Assembly: GCF_009914755.1 (NCBI RefSeq)
Contig: NC_060943.1
Origin: the human T2T-CHM13v2.0 reference genome, Homo sapiens
Length of the DNA stretch: 64,000 bases
Reading direction: 5' to 3' (one strand)
Every line of letters starts with the position of its first letter. Within the stretch, counting starts at the first letter, position 1. Below are positions 8,261 through 42,200 of the stretch, piece by piece. The translations under genes and the position numbers were made by a program. The notes under the pieces are model-generated. The model was given only the letters and a program-made list of their open reading frames with translations. It was not told the DNA's origin and did no database searches.

Positions 8261-11200
8261 ATCTCATGGAGTTAAACCTTTCTTTTGATTGAACAATTTG
8301 GAAACACTTTTTTTTTGCAGACTCTGCAAATGGATAATTGGGAGTGTATTGAGGCCTATGGTGGAAAAGGAAATGTCTTCAGATAAAAACTAGAAAGAAG
8401 CTTTCTGAGATACTGCTTTGTGATGTGTGTATTCATCTCACAGAGATAAATCTTCGTTTTGATTGAGTAGTTTGGAAACACTGTTTTTCTAGGATCTGAG
8501 AAAGGATACTTGGAAAGAAATGAGGCCTTTAGTGAAAAAGGAAATATCTTGAGACAAAAACTAGAAAGAAGCTTTCTGATTAACTGCTTTGTGATGTGTA
8601 CGTGCATCTCACAAAGTTAAACCTTTCTTTTGATAGAGTATCTTGGATACACTGTTTTTGTAGAATCTACATAGGAATATTTGGGAGCACATTGAATCCC
8701 CTTTTGAAAAAGGAAATATCTTCACATAAAAATTAGACAGAAGCTTTTCTGAGAAAATGCTTTGTGATGTCTGCTTTTATGTCACAGAATTTAATCATTC
8801 TTTAGATTAAGCAGTTTTGAAACACGGTTTTTTTAGAATCTGTGAAAGGATATTTGGGAGCACATGGGGCCCATGGTGAAAAAGTAATATTCTCAGATAA
8901 AAAGCAGAAAGATGCTTTCTGAGAAACTGTTTAGTAATGTCTGCATTCATCTTATAGAGTTAAACTTTTCTTTTGATTGAGCAGGTTGGAAACTATGTTT
9001 TTGGAGAATCTGCCAATGGATATATGAGCGCACATTGAGTTTTATGGTGAAAAAGGAAATATCTTAAGATAAAAATTAGAAAGAACCTTTCTGAGACACT
9101 GCTTTGTGTTGTGTTCATTCATCTCACACAGTTAAAACTTTATTTTGATTAAGCAGTTTGGAAAAACTGTATTTGTAGAATGTGCAAAGGGATATTTGGG
9201 AATTCATTGAGGCCTAAGGTGAAAAAGGAAATATCCTCAGAAAAAAACTAGAAAGATTAAGGAGAAACTGCTTTGTGTTGTGTGCATTCATCTCATAGAG
9301 TTAAACCTTTCTTTTGATTGAGCAGTTTGGAAATACTGTTTTTGTAGAATCAGGGAAGGAATATATGGGAGCACATTGAGGCCTACAGTGAATAAGGAAA
9401 TATTCTCAGGCAAAAACTAGAAAGAAGATTTCTGATTAACTGTTTTGTGATGTGTCCATTCATGTCATACAGTTAAACCTATCTTTTGATTGAACATCTT
9501 GGAAACACTATTTTTGTAGATTCTGTGAAGGGATATTTGGGAGCACTTTGAGGTCTATGGTGAAAAAGGAATTGCCTTCACATAAAAACTAGAAAGAAGC
9601 TTTATGAGAAACGGCTTTGTGATGTCTGCATTCATCTCACAGAGTTAAATATTTCTTTTGATTGAGCAGTTTGGAAACACTGTTTTTGTGGAATCTGTGA
9701 AGGGATATTTTGTAGCATGTTGGTGCCTATTCAGAGAAAAGAAGTACCTCAGATAAAAATCAGAAAGATGCTTTCTGAGGAACTGCTTTGCAATGTGTAC
9801 GTTCATCTCACAGAGTCATACCTTTCTTTTATTTGAGAAGTTTGGAAACACTATTTTTGTAGACTCTGTGAAGGGATATTTGGGAGCGCTTTGAGGCCTA
9901 TGGTGAAAAAGGTGATATCTTCACATTAAAACAAGAAAGACACATTCTGAGAACGTGCTTTGTGATGTGTGCATTCCTCACACAGATATAAAGCTTTCTT
10001 TTGATTGAGCAGTTTGGAAACACTGTTTTGGTAGAATCTTAGAAAGGATACTTGTGAATGCAATGAAGTCTATGGTGAAAAAATAAATATCCTGAGATAA
10101 AAACTAGAAAGAATCTTTCTTATTAACTGCTTTGTGATTAGTCCATTCATCACACAGAGATAAACCTTTCTTTTGATTGTGCATCATAGAAACACTGTTT
10201 TGTAGAATCTGTGAAGGGATATTTGGGAGCACCTGAGGCCTGTGGTGAAAAAGGAAATATCTCCACATAAAAACTAGTAAGAAGCTTTCTGAGAAACTGC
10301 TTTGTGATATATGTACTCATCTCACAGAGTTAAAACTTTCCTTTTAGTGAGCAGTTTGGAAGCACTGTTTTTGTAGAATCTGTCAAGGGATATATGGGAA
10401 TGCATTGATTCCTATGGCGAAAAATCAAATATCTTCACATAAAAACTAGGAAGAAACTTTCAGAGAAACTGCTTTGTAATGTCAGTTCCGTCTCACAGAG
10501 GTTAAGCATTCTTTTGATTGAGCAATTTTCAAAGACAGTTTTAGTGGAATCTGTGAAAAGATACTTGGGAGCGCATTGAAGCTCATGGTGAAAAAGGATA
10601 AATCCTCAGAAAAAACTAGAAAGAATCTTTCTGATTAACTGATTTGTGATGAGTCCATTCATCACACAGAGTTAAACCATTCTTTTGATTGCACAGCTTG
10701 GAAACACTGTTTTGTTGAATCTTTGAAGGGATATTTGGGAGCACAAGAGGCCAATAGTGAAAAAGATAATATCTTCAAATAAAAACAGAAAGATGCTTTC
10801 TGAGAAACTGCTTTGTGACATGGGCATTCATCTCATAGAGTTAAAGATTTCTTTTGATTGAGCAGTTTGGAAACACTGTTTTTGCAGGATATGCCAGTGG
10901 ATATATGGGAGCACTTTGAGGCCTATGGTGAAAAAGAAAATATATTTTGAAGAAAACTAGAAAGAAGTTTTCTGAGAATCTGTGTGGTGATGTGTGCATT
11001 CATCTCACAGAGTTAAAACTTTCTTTTGATTGAGTGGTTTGGTAACAACATTTTTGTAGAATCTGTGAAGGGATATTTGGGAACACCTTAAGAACTATGG
11101 TAGAAAATGAAATATCATCAGATAAAATCTAGAAAGAAGCTTTTTTAGACACTGCTTTGTGATGTGTGCATTAATCTCAGAGTTAATCCTTTCTTCTCCT

Positions 11201-14200
11201 TGAGAAGTTTGGAAAGACTGTTTTGTAGAATCTGTGAGGGATATTTGGGAGCGCCTTGAGGACTATGGTGAAAAAGGAAATATCTTCAGATAAATCTAGA
11301 AAGAAGCTTTGTAGGAAACTGCTTTGTGATGGGTGCATTCATCTCATAGAGTTAAACCTTTCTTCTGATCAAGCAGTTTGGAAAAACTGTTTTTGTAGAA
11401 TCTGCAAAGGAATATTTAGGAAAGCATTGAGGCCTATGGTGAAAAGGGAAATATCTTCATATATACCAGAAAGAACGTTTCTGAGAAACTGCTTTGTGAT
11501 GTGTGCATACATCTCACAGAGTTAAACTACTCTTTTGACTGAGCAGTTTGGAAACACTGTTTTTGGAGAATCTGTGAAGAGATATTTGGGAGTGCCTTAA
11601 GGACTATGGTGGAAAAGTAAATATCATCAGATAAAAACTAGAAAGAAGTTTTTTGAGACACTGCTTTGTGATGTGTGCATTTATCTCACAGAGTTAATCC
11701 TTTCTTTTCATTGAGCAGTTTGGAAAGATTGTTTTTGTAGAATCTGTGAGGGATAGTCGGGAGCACATTGAGGCCTATGGTGAAAAAGGAAATATCTTCA
11801 GATAAATCTAGAAAGAAGCTTTGTGAGAAACTGCTTTGTGATGGGTGACTTCATCTCACAGAGTTAAACCTTTCTTCTGATTGAGCAGTTTGGAAAAAAT
11901 GTTTTTGTAGATTCTGCAAAGGGATATTTGGGAACACATTGAGGCCTGTGGTGAAAAGGGAAATTTCTTCAGGTAAATACCAGGAAGAAGCTTTCTCAGA
12001 AACTGCTCTGTGATGTGTGCATTCATCTCACAGAGTTAAACATTTCTTCTGATTGAGCAATTTGGAAACACTGTTTTTATAGAATCTCTGAAAGGATATT
12101 TTGGAATGCATTGAAGCCTATGGTGAAAAAGAAAATATCTTCAGATAAAACTAGGAAGATTTCTGAGAAACACCTTTGGAACGTGTGCTTTCATCTCTCA
12201 GAGTTAATCTTTTCTTTTGATTGAGCAGTTTGGAATGTCTATTTTTCTAGAATCCATGAAGGGATTATTGGGAGCGCATTGGGGCCAACTGTGAAAAAGG
12301 AAATATCTTTAGATAAAAACTAGAAAGCAGCTTTCTGAAAAACTTCTTTGTGAAATCTGCATTTGGCTCACACCATTTTGCATTCTTTTGATTAAGCAGT
12401 TTGCAAACAGTTTTTGTAGAATCTTTGAAAGGATATTTGGGAGTGCATTGAGGCCTATGGTGAAAACTGAAATATCTTCATATAAAAACCAGAAAGATGC
12501 ATTATGAGAAACTGCTTTGTGATGTGTCCATTCATCTCACAGAAATAAACTTTTATTTTGATTGAGCAGTTTGGAAACACTGTTTTTTTCTTCAATCTGC
12601 CAAGTGATATATGAGAGCACATTGAGGCCTATGGTGAAAGAGGAAATATCTTCAGAGAAAAGCTAGAAGGAAGCTTTCTGAAATACTGTTTTGTGATGTC
12701 TGCATTCATCTCAGAGAGCCAAACACTTCTTTTGATTTACTCATTTGGAAACACTGATTTTTTAGAATCTACGAAGGGATATTTGGGAGCACATTGAGGA
12801 CTATGGTGAAAAAGCAAATATCTTCAGAGAAAAACTAGAAGCAAGCTTTCTGAAACACTGCTTTGTGGTGTCTGTATTCATGTCAGAGACTTAAACTTTT
12901 CTTTTGATTGACCTGTTTGGAACCACTGATTTTTCAGAATCTGTGAAGGGATATTTGGGAGCTCATTGAGGACTATGGTGAAAAAGAAAATATCTTCTGA
13001 CAAGAACTAGAAAGAAGCTCTCTGAGAAACTGCATAGTGATGTGTGCATTCATCTCACAAAGTTAAATGTTTCTTTGATTTAGCTGTTTGGTAACAACAC
13101 TTTTGTAGAATCTGTGAAGGGATATTTGGGAGTGCATTGAGGCCTATGGTGAGAAGGAAATATCTTCAGATAAATACTAATAGAAGCTTTCTGAGAAAGT
13201 GCTTTGTGATGTGTACATTCATCTCACAGAGTTAAAGTTTTGTTTTGATAGACCTGTTTGTAAACACTGATGGTGTAGAATCTGTGAAGGGATATTTGGG
13301 AGAGCATTGAAGGCTATGGTGAAAAAGGAAATATCTTCAGAAAAAAACTAGAAAGTAGCTTTCTGAGAAACTGATTTGTGATGTGCCCATTCATCTCACA
13401 GAGTTAAAACTTTCTTTTGATTGAGCAGCTTGGAAACACTGTTTTTGTAGAATCTGCGAAGGGATATTTAGGAGCACATTGAGGCCTATGATGGAAAGGG
13501 AATCATCTTCGCTTAAAAATTACAAAGAATCTTTCTGAGAAAATTCTTTGTGTTGTGTGCATTCGTCTCTCAGAGCTAAACATTTCTGTTCATTGAGAGT
13601 TTTGGAGATACTGTTTTCGTGGAATCTGAGATTGCATATTTCGGAGCACATTGTGGCCTATAGTGAAGAAGGAAATATCTTCCCATAAAAACCAGAAAGA
13701 AGCTTTCTCAGAAACTGCTTTGTGATGTGTACATTCATCTCACAGAGTTAAAGTTTTCTTTTGATTGACCAGTTTGGAAACGCTGTTATTGCGGAATCTG
13801 CAAAGGCATATTTGGGAGCGCCTAGAGGCCTATGTTGGAAAATGAAATATCTTCAGATAAAAACTAGAAAGAAGCTTTCAGAGACACTGCTTTCTGACGT
13901 ATGCATTCATCTCACAGAGCACAACCTTTCTTTTGATTGATCAGTTTGGTAACAATGTTTTTGTAGAAATCATGAAGGGATATTTAGGTGTGCATTGCAT
14001 CCTATGCTGAAAAAGGAAATATCTTCAGATAAATACTAGAAAGAAGTTTTCTGAGAAACTGCTTTCTGATGTTTGCATTCACCTCACAAAGTTAAAACTT
14101 TCTTTTGATTGGGCAGTTTGGAAACACTGTTTTTGTAGAATCTGTGAAGGGATATTTTGGAATGCATTGAAGTATGTGGTGAAATAGGGAATATCCTCAG

Positions 14201-17200
14201 GTAAAAACTAGAGAGGTTTCTGAGAAACAACTTTGTGATGTGTGCTTTCATCTCACAGAGTTAATCATTTCTTTTGACTGAGCAGTTAGGAAACTGTGTT
14301 TTTCTAGAATCTGTGAAGGGATATTTGGGATCACATTTAGGCCCATGGTGAACAATTAAATATCTTTAGATAAAATCTAGAAAGAAGCTTTCTGAGACAC
14401 TGCTTTGTGATGTGTGTATTCATCTCTCAGAGGTAAACCTTTCGGCTGATTGAGCAGATTGGAAAGACTGTTTTTGTGAAAACTGCGATGGGATATTTGG
14501 GAGCGCATTGAGGCCTATGGTGAAAAAGGAAATATCTGCAGATGAAAACTAGACAGAAGCTTTCTGAGAAACTGCTTTGTGACGTGTGCATTCATCTCAC
14601 ACAATTAAAATTTTCTTTGACTGATCAGTTTGGAAACACTGATTTTGTGGAATCTGCAAAGTGATATTTGGAAGTGCATTGATGCCTATGGTGAAAAAGA
14701 AAATATCTTCAGGTAAAAACTAGAAAGAAGCTTTCTGAGACACTGTTTTGTGATGTGTGCATTCATCTTACAGAGATAAAGCTTTCTGTTGATTGAGCAG
14801 TTTGGAAACACTGTTTCTCTAGAATTTGCAGAAGGGTACTTGGGAATGCAATGAGTCTGCTGGTGAAAAAGGAAATCTCCTCAGACAAAAACTAGAAAGA
14901 AGCTTTCTGATTAACTGCTTTCTGATGTGTTCACTCATCTCACAGAGTTAAACTTTTCATTTGATTGAGCATCTTGGAAACATTGTTTTTGTAGAATCTG
15001 CAAAGGGATATTTGTGAGCACATTAAGGCCTTTGGTGAAAAAGGAAATATCTTCAGATAAAAACCAGTAGGAAGCTTTCAGAGAAACTGCTTTGTGTTGT
15101 CTGCATTCATCTCACACTGTTTAAGCATTATTTTGATTAATCTGTTTGGAAACACAGCTTTTGTAGAATCTGTGAAAGGATATTTGGGAATACATTTGGG
15201 CCTGTTGTGAAACAGAAATATCCTCAGATAAAAACCAGAAAGATGTTTTCTGAGAAACTGCTTTGTGATGTGTGCATTCACCTCACAGTGTTAAACCTTT
15301 CTTTAGATTGAGCAGTTTCAAAACACTGTTTTTGTAGAATCTGTTAAGGGATATAAGGGAATGCATTGAAGCCTAAGGTGGAAAAGGAAATATCTTCACA
15401 TAAACACTAGAAAAAAGCTTTCTGATGAACTGCTTTGTGATGTCTGCATTCGACTCACAGAGTTTAAGCATTCTTTTGATTAAGCAGTTTGGAAACACAA
15501 TTTTTGTAGAGTCTGTGAAAGCATACTTGGTAGCCGTTTGGGGTCTATGGTGAGAAAGGATATATCCTGAGATAAAATCCAGAAAGACTCTTTCTGAAGA
15601 ACTGCTTTGTGATGTGTGCTTTCTTCTCACAGGGTTACACCTTTCTTTTGATTGAGAAGTTTGGAAACACTGTTTCTGTAGATTCTGTGAAGGGATATTT
15701 TGGAGCACACTGAGGTCTATGGTGAAAAAGGAAATAACTTCAGATAAAGATCAGAAAGAAGCTTTCAGAGAAACTGCTTTGTGATGTGTGCATTCATCTC
15801 ACAGAGTTAAGCCATTCTTTTGATTGAGCAGTTTGGAAACACTGTTTTTGTAGAATCTGCAAAGGGATATTTGGGAGCACATTGAGGCCTATGGTGAAAA
15901 ATAAAATATCTTCTGTTGAAAACTAGAAAGAATCTTTCTGAGAAACTGCTTTGTAATGTGTGCACTCTTCTCGCATAGTTAAACCTTTCTTCTAATTGAG
16001 TAGTTTGGAAACACTGTTTTTCTAAAATCATTGAAGGGATATTTGGGAACGCATTGAGGCCTATGGTGAACAATGTGATATCCTCAGATAAATACTGGAA
16101 AGATTTCTGAGAAACAGATCTGTGATGTGAGCTTTTATCCCACAGAGTTAATCCTTTCTTTTGATTGCAAAGTTTGGAAACTGTGTTTTTCTAGAATCTG
16201 TGAAGGGATATTTGGGAGCACATTGAGGCTTATTGTTAAAAAGGAAATATCTTTAGCTAAAAACTAGAAAGAAGCTTTCTGGAAAACTGCTTTGTGAGGT
16301 GTGTATTCATCTAACAGAGTTAAACGTTTCCTTTGATTAAGAAGTTTGGAAACACTGTTTTTATGGAATCTGCAAGGGGATATTTGGAAGTGCATTGAGA
16401 CCTAAGGCAAAAAAGGAAATAACTTCAGAAGAAAACTAGACAGCAGCTGTCTGAGAAACTGCTTTGTGATGTGTGCATTCATCTCAGAGAGTTAATTTTT
16501 CTTTTGATTAATCAGTTTGGAAACACTATTTTGTAGAATTTGTGAAGGGATATTTGAGAGTCCATTGAGGCGTATGGTGAAAAAGGAAATATCTTCAGAT
16601 AAAAACAAGAAAGAAGCTTTCTGAGACAGTTTTGTGATGTGTGCATTCGTCTCACAGAGATAATGCTTTCTTTTGATTGAGCAGTTTGGAAACACCATTT
16701 TTGTAGAATCTGTGAATGGGTAATTTGGAGTGCAATGAGGCCTACTGTAAAAAGGAAGTATCCTCAGACAAAAACTAGAAAGAAGTTTTCTGATTAACTT
16801 CGTTCTGATGTGTAAATTCATCTCACAGAGTTAAACTTTTCTGTTGATTGAGCATCTTGGAAACACTGCTTTTGTAGAATATATGAAGGGATATTTGTGA
16901 GTACATTGAGGCCTTTTGCAAAAATGAAATATCTTCACATAAAAACTAGAAAGAAACTTTCTGAGAAACTGCTTAGTTTTGTCTGCATTTGTCTTACAGA
17001 GTTTAAGCATTCTTTTGGTTAAGCAGTTTGGAAACACAGTTTTTGTAGAATCTGTGAAAGGATATTTGGGTGCACAATAGGGCCTATGGTGAAAAAGACA
17101 TATTCTCAGATAAAAACCAGAAAGATGGTTCTGAGAAACTGCTTTGTGACGTGTGCATTCATCTCAGAGAGTTGAATGTTTCTTTTGATTGAGCAGTTTG

Positions 17201-19000
17201 GAAATGCTGGTTTTGTAGAATGTGTGAAGGGATATTTTGGAGCACATTTTGGCCTATGGTGAAAAAGAAAGTATCTTCAGATAAAAAACAGAAAGAAGCT
17301 TTCAAAGAAACTGCTTTGTGATGTGTGCATTAATCTTACAGAATTAAACTGTTCTTTTGATTGAGAAGTTTGGAGACATGTTTTTTGTAGAATCTGCGAA
17401 GGGATACTTGGGAGCACAATGAGGCCAATGGTGAAAAAGGAAATATCATCTGATGAAAACTAGAAAGATTCTTTCTGAGAAACAGCTTTGTGATGTGTGC
17501 ATTCATCTCACAAAGTTAAACCTTTCTTTTGATTGAGCAGTTTGATAACAATGTTTTTGTAGAATCTGCGAAGGGATATTAGGGGTGCATAGAGGCCCAT
17601 GGTTAAAAAGAAAATATTTTCTGATGAAAACTAGAAAGAAACTTTCTGAGAAACTGCTTTGTGATGTGTGCATTCACCTCACAGAGTTAAAGCTTTATTT
17701 TGATTGATCAGTTTGGAAACAATGATTTTGTAGAATCTGTGAAGGCATATTTTGGAGCACATCGAGGCTTATGGTGAAAAAGAAAATATCTTCAGATGAA
17801 AAATAGAAAGAAGCTTTATGAGAAACTGCTTTGTGATGTGTGCATTCGTATCACAGAGATAATGCTTTCTTTTCATGGATCCGTTTGGAAACACTGTTTT
17901 TCTAGAATCTGCAAAAGGGTACCTGGGAACACAATGAGGCCTATGGTGAAAAAGGAAATACCTTCAGACAAAAACTAGAAAGAAGCTTTCTGAAAAACTG
18001 CTTTGTGAAGTGTGCATTCGTCTCTTAGAGTTAAAGTTGTCTTTTGATTGATAAGTTTGGAGACACGGTTTTGGTAGAGTCTGTGAAGGGATATTTGGGA
18101 GCACCTTGAGGCCTATGTTGGAAAAGGAATTATCTTCAAATAGAAACTAGAAAGAAGGTTTTTGAGACACTGTGATGTGTGCTTTCATCTCACAGTGTTA
18201 AACCTTTCTTTTGATTGAGCACTTTGGGAAGACTGTTTTTGGAGGATCTGCAGAAGGATATTTGGGCGTGCATTGAGGGCTATATGGTGAAAATGGAAAT
18301 ATCTACAGATAAATCTAGAAAAAAGCATTGTGAGAAACTGTTTGTGATATGTGTATTCATCTCACAGAGATAAAGCTTTCCTTTGATTGAGCAGTTTGGA
18401 AACACGGTTTTTGTTGAATCTGCAATGGGATGTTTGGGAGCTCCTTGAGGCCTATGGCAGTAAAGGAAATATCTTCAGATAAAAACTAGAAGAAAGCTTT
18501 TTGAGACACTGCTTTGTGATTTGTGCACTCGTCTCACATAATTAAACCTTTCTTTTCATTCAGCAGTTTAGGAACACTGTATTTTTAGAATCAGCAAATA
18601 GATATTTGGGAGTGCATTGAGGCCCAAATACACTATGGCAAAAAAAAAGTGCATTGAGCACTTTGGGAAGACTGTTTTTACAGAATCTGCAAAAGGATAT
18701 TCGGGAGTGCTTTGAGGCCTATATGGTGAAAAGGGAAATATCTTCAGATAAATCTAGAAAAAAACATTGTGAGAAACTGCTTTGTGATATGTGTATTCAT
18801 CTCACAGAGATAAACCTTTCCTTTGATTGAGCAGTGTGGAAACATGGTTTTTGTTGAATCTGCGACGGGATGTTTGGGAGCTCCTTGCGGCCTATGGTGG
18901 AAAAGGAAACATCTTCAGATAAAAATTAGAAGGAAGCTTTTTAAGACACTGCTTTGTGATGTGTGCATTCGACTCACATAATTAAACCTTTCTTTTCATT
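8261..19000 (+). repeat. Alpha satellite, monomeric A-type layer ('gattGagcag / aaaaggaaatatc')
   Basis: Tandem divergent units of about 172 bp. A-box tatggtgaaaaaggaa, no CENP-B box seen. Right boundary is approximate (18550-19370). Confidence 0.93.
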
Positions 19001-39240
<20,240 letters not shown>

Positions 39241-42200
39241 GGCCTGTGGTGGAAAAGAAAATATTTGGGAGTGCATAGAGGCCTATGGTGAGAATGGAAA
39301 TATCTCCCAATAAAAACTAAAATGAAGGTTTCTTAGACACTGCTTTGTGATGTGTGCATGCATGTCACAGAGTTAAAACTTTCTTTTGATTGAGCAGTTT
39401 GGAAACCCTGTTTTTATAGAATCTGTGATTGGATATTTGGGAGTGCATTGAGGCCTATGGTGAGAATGGAAATATCTCCCGATAAAAACTAAAATGAAGC
39501 TTTCTGAGACACTGCTTTGTGATGTGTGCATTCATGTCACAGAGTTAAAGCTTTCTTTTGATTGAGCAGTTTGGAAACCCTGTTTTTATAGAATCTGCAA
39601 TCAGATATTTGGGAGTGCATTGAGGCCTATGGCAAAAAATGAAATATCTTCAGATAAAAACTAGAAAAAAGCTTTTTTCAGATACTCCTTTTTAATGTAT
39701 GCGTTCATCTCACAGAGGTAAACCTTACTTTTGATTGAGGAGTTTGGAAACACTGTTTTGGTAGAATCTGGGAAGGGATACTTGGGAATGCATTGAGGTC
39801 TATGGTGAGAAAAGAAATATCTCCAGGTTAAAACTAGAAAGAAGCTTTCTGAGAAACTGCTTCATTTGTCTACATTCACCTCATAGAGTTAAATCTTTCT
39901 TTTGATTGAGAAGTTTGGAAAAATTCTTTTTGTACAATTTGTGAAGGGATATTAGGAAGCACATTGAGGCCTTTGGGGAAAAAGGAAATATCTTAAGAGA
40001 AAAACTAGAAAGAAGCTTTCTGAGAAACTGCTTTGTGATGTGTGCATTCATCTCACAGAGTTAAACGTTTATTTTGATTGAGCAGTTTGGAAATATTGTT
40101 TTTGTAGAATCTGCGAAGGGATATTTTGTGAGTGCAATAAGGCCTATGGTAAAAAAGCAAATATCTTCAGAGAAAAAATAGAAAGAAGCTTTCTGAGAAA
40201 CTGCTGTGTGATGTGTATGTTCATCACACAGAGTAAAAAATGTCTTTTTATTGAGCATTTTGGAAACACTCTTTTTTTAGAATATGTGAAGGGATATTTT
40301 GGAGTGCATTTAGGCCTATGATTAAATAGGAAATATCATTACAGAAAAACTAGAAAGAAGCTTTCTGAGAATCTCTTGGTGATGTGTGCATTCATCACAC
40401 AGAGTTAAACATGTCTTTTGACTGAGCAATTTGGCAACACTGTTTGGAGAATCTGTGAAAGGATAGTTGGGAGTGCATTGAGGTCTATGGTGAAAAAGGA
40501 AATACCTTCAGAGAAAAACTAGGAAGATTTCTCAGAAACTGCTTTGTGATGTGTGCATTCATCTCACATATTAAATCTTTTTTTTTTTGATTGGACAGTT
40601 TGGAAACATTGTTTTTGTAGAATCCACGAAGTGTTATTAGGGAGAGCATTGAGGCCTATGGTGAAAAACGAAATATCTTAAGATAAATACTAGAAAAAAG
40701 ATTTCTGACCAACAGTTTGTGATATGTGTATTTGTCTCACAGAGTTAAACCTTTCTTTTGGTTGAGCAGTTTGGAAATATTGTTTTTGTACAATCTGCAA
40801 AGGGATATTTGGAAGCACTTTGAAGCCAATGGTGAAAAATGATATATCTTCAGAGAAAAACTACAAAGAAGCTTTCTGAAAAACTACTTTGTGATGTGTA
40901 GATTCATCTCACAGAGTTAAACCTTGCTTTTGATTGAGCATTTGGAAACACTGTTTTTGTAGAATCTGCGAAGGGATATTTGGGAGTGCATTGAGGCCTA
41001 TGGTGAGAAAGGAAATATCTTCAGACAAAAAATAGAAAGAAGATTTCTGAGAAATTGCTTTGTGATGTGTGCATTCATCACACAGAGTTAATCATGTCTT
41101 TTGATTGAGTATTTTGGAAACACTCTTTTTGTAGAATCTGTGAACAAATATTTGGGAGCACATGGAGGCCAAAGATGAAAAGGGAAATATCATCAGAGGA
41201 AAAACTAGAAAGAAGCTGTCTGAGAAACTACTTGGTGATGTGTGCATTCATCACACAGAGTTAAACATTTCTTTTGATTGAACAGTTTGGAAACTCTCTT
41301 TGGCAGGGAATTGAAGCCTAAGGTGTTAGGATATTTGGCAGGGAATTGAGTCTTAAGGTGAAAAAGTAAATACCATCAGATAAAAACTAAAAAGAAGATT
41401 TCTGAGAAACTGCTCCATGATTTGTGCATTCATCTCAAAAAGTTAATGTTTCTTTTGATTGAACCATTTGGAAACACTGTTTTTGTAGAATCTGCTAAGG
41501 AACATTTAGGAGTTCATTGAGGCCTATGGTGAAAATGGAAATATCTTCAGAGAAAAACTAGAAAGAAGCTTCCTGAGAAACTGCTTTGTGATGTGTGCAT
41601 TTACTTCACAGAATTAAACCTTACTTTTGATTGAGCAGTTTGGAAACACTGTTTTTGTAGAATGTGTGAAGGGATATTTGGGAGCACTTTGAGGCCTATG
41701 GTGAGAAAGGAAATATCTTCAGATAAAAACTAGAAGGAAGCTTTCTGAGAAACTGCTTTGTGATGTGTGCATTTACTTCAGAGAGCTAAACCTTACTTTT
41801 TATTGAGCTGTTTGGAAACACTTTTGTAGATGTGTGAAGGGATATTTGGGAGTGCATTGAGGCCTATGGTGAGAAAGGAAATATCTTCAGATAAAAACTA
41901 GAAAGAAGCTTTCTGAGAAACTGCTATGTGAAGAGTGCATTCATCTCACAGAGTTACAACTATATTTTGATTAAGCAGTTTGGCAACAGTTTTTTTGTAG
42001 AATGTTAGACGGGATATTTGGGATTGCTTTGAGGACTATGATGAAAAGGGAGATATCTTCAGATAAAAACTAAAAAAGAAACATTCTGGGCAACTCTTTT
42101 ATGATGAGTCCATTCATCTCACAGCGTTAAACCTTTCTTTTCATTGAGCAGTTTGGGGAGAGTGTTTTTGTAGAATCCCAGAAGCGATATTTGAGAGCGC

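Noticed and set aside
13828-13850. CENP-B box-like ctatgttggaaaatga (similar at about 18113 and 24928)
   Set aside because: It lacks the essential TTCG and CGGG cores and is a drifted A-box.
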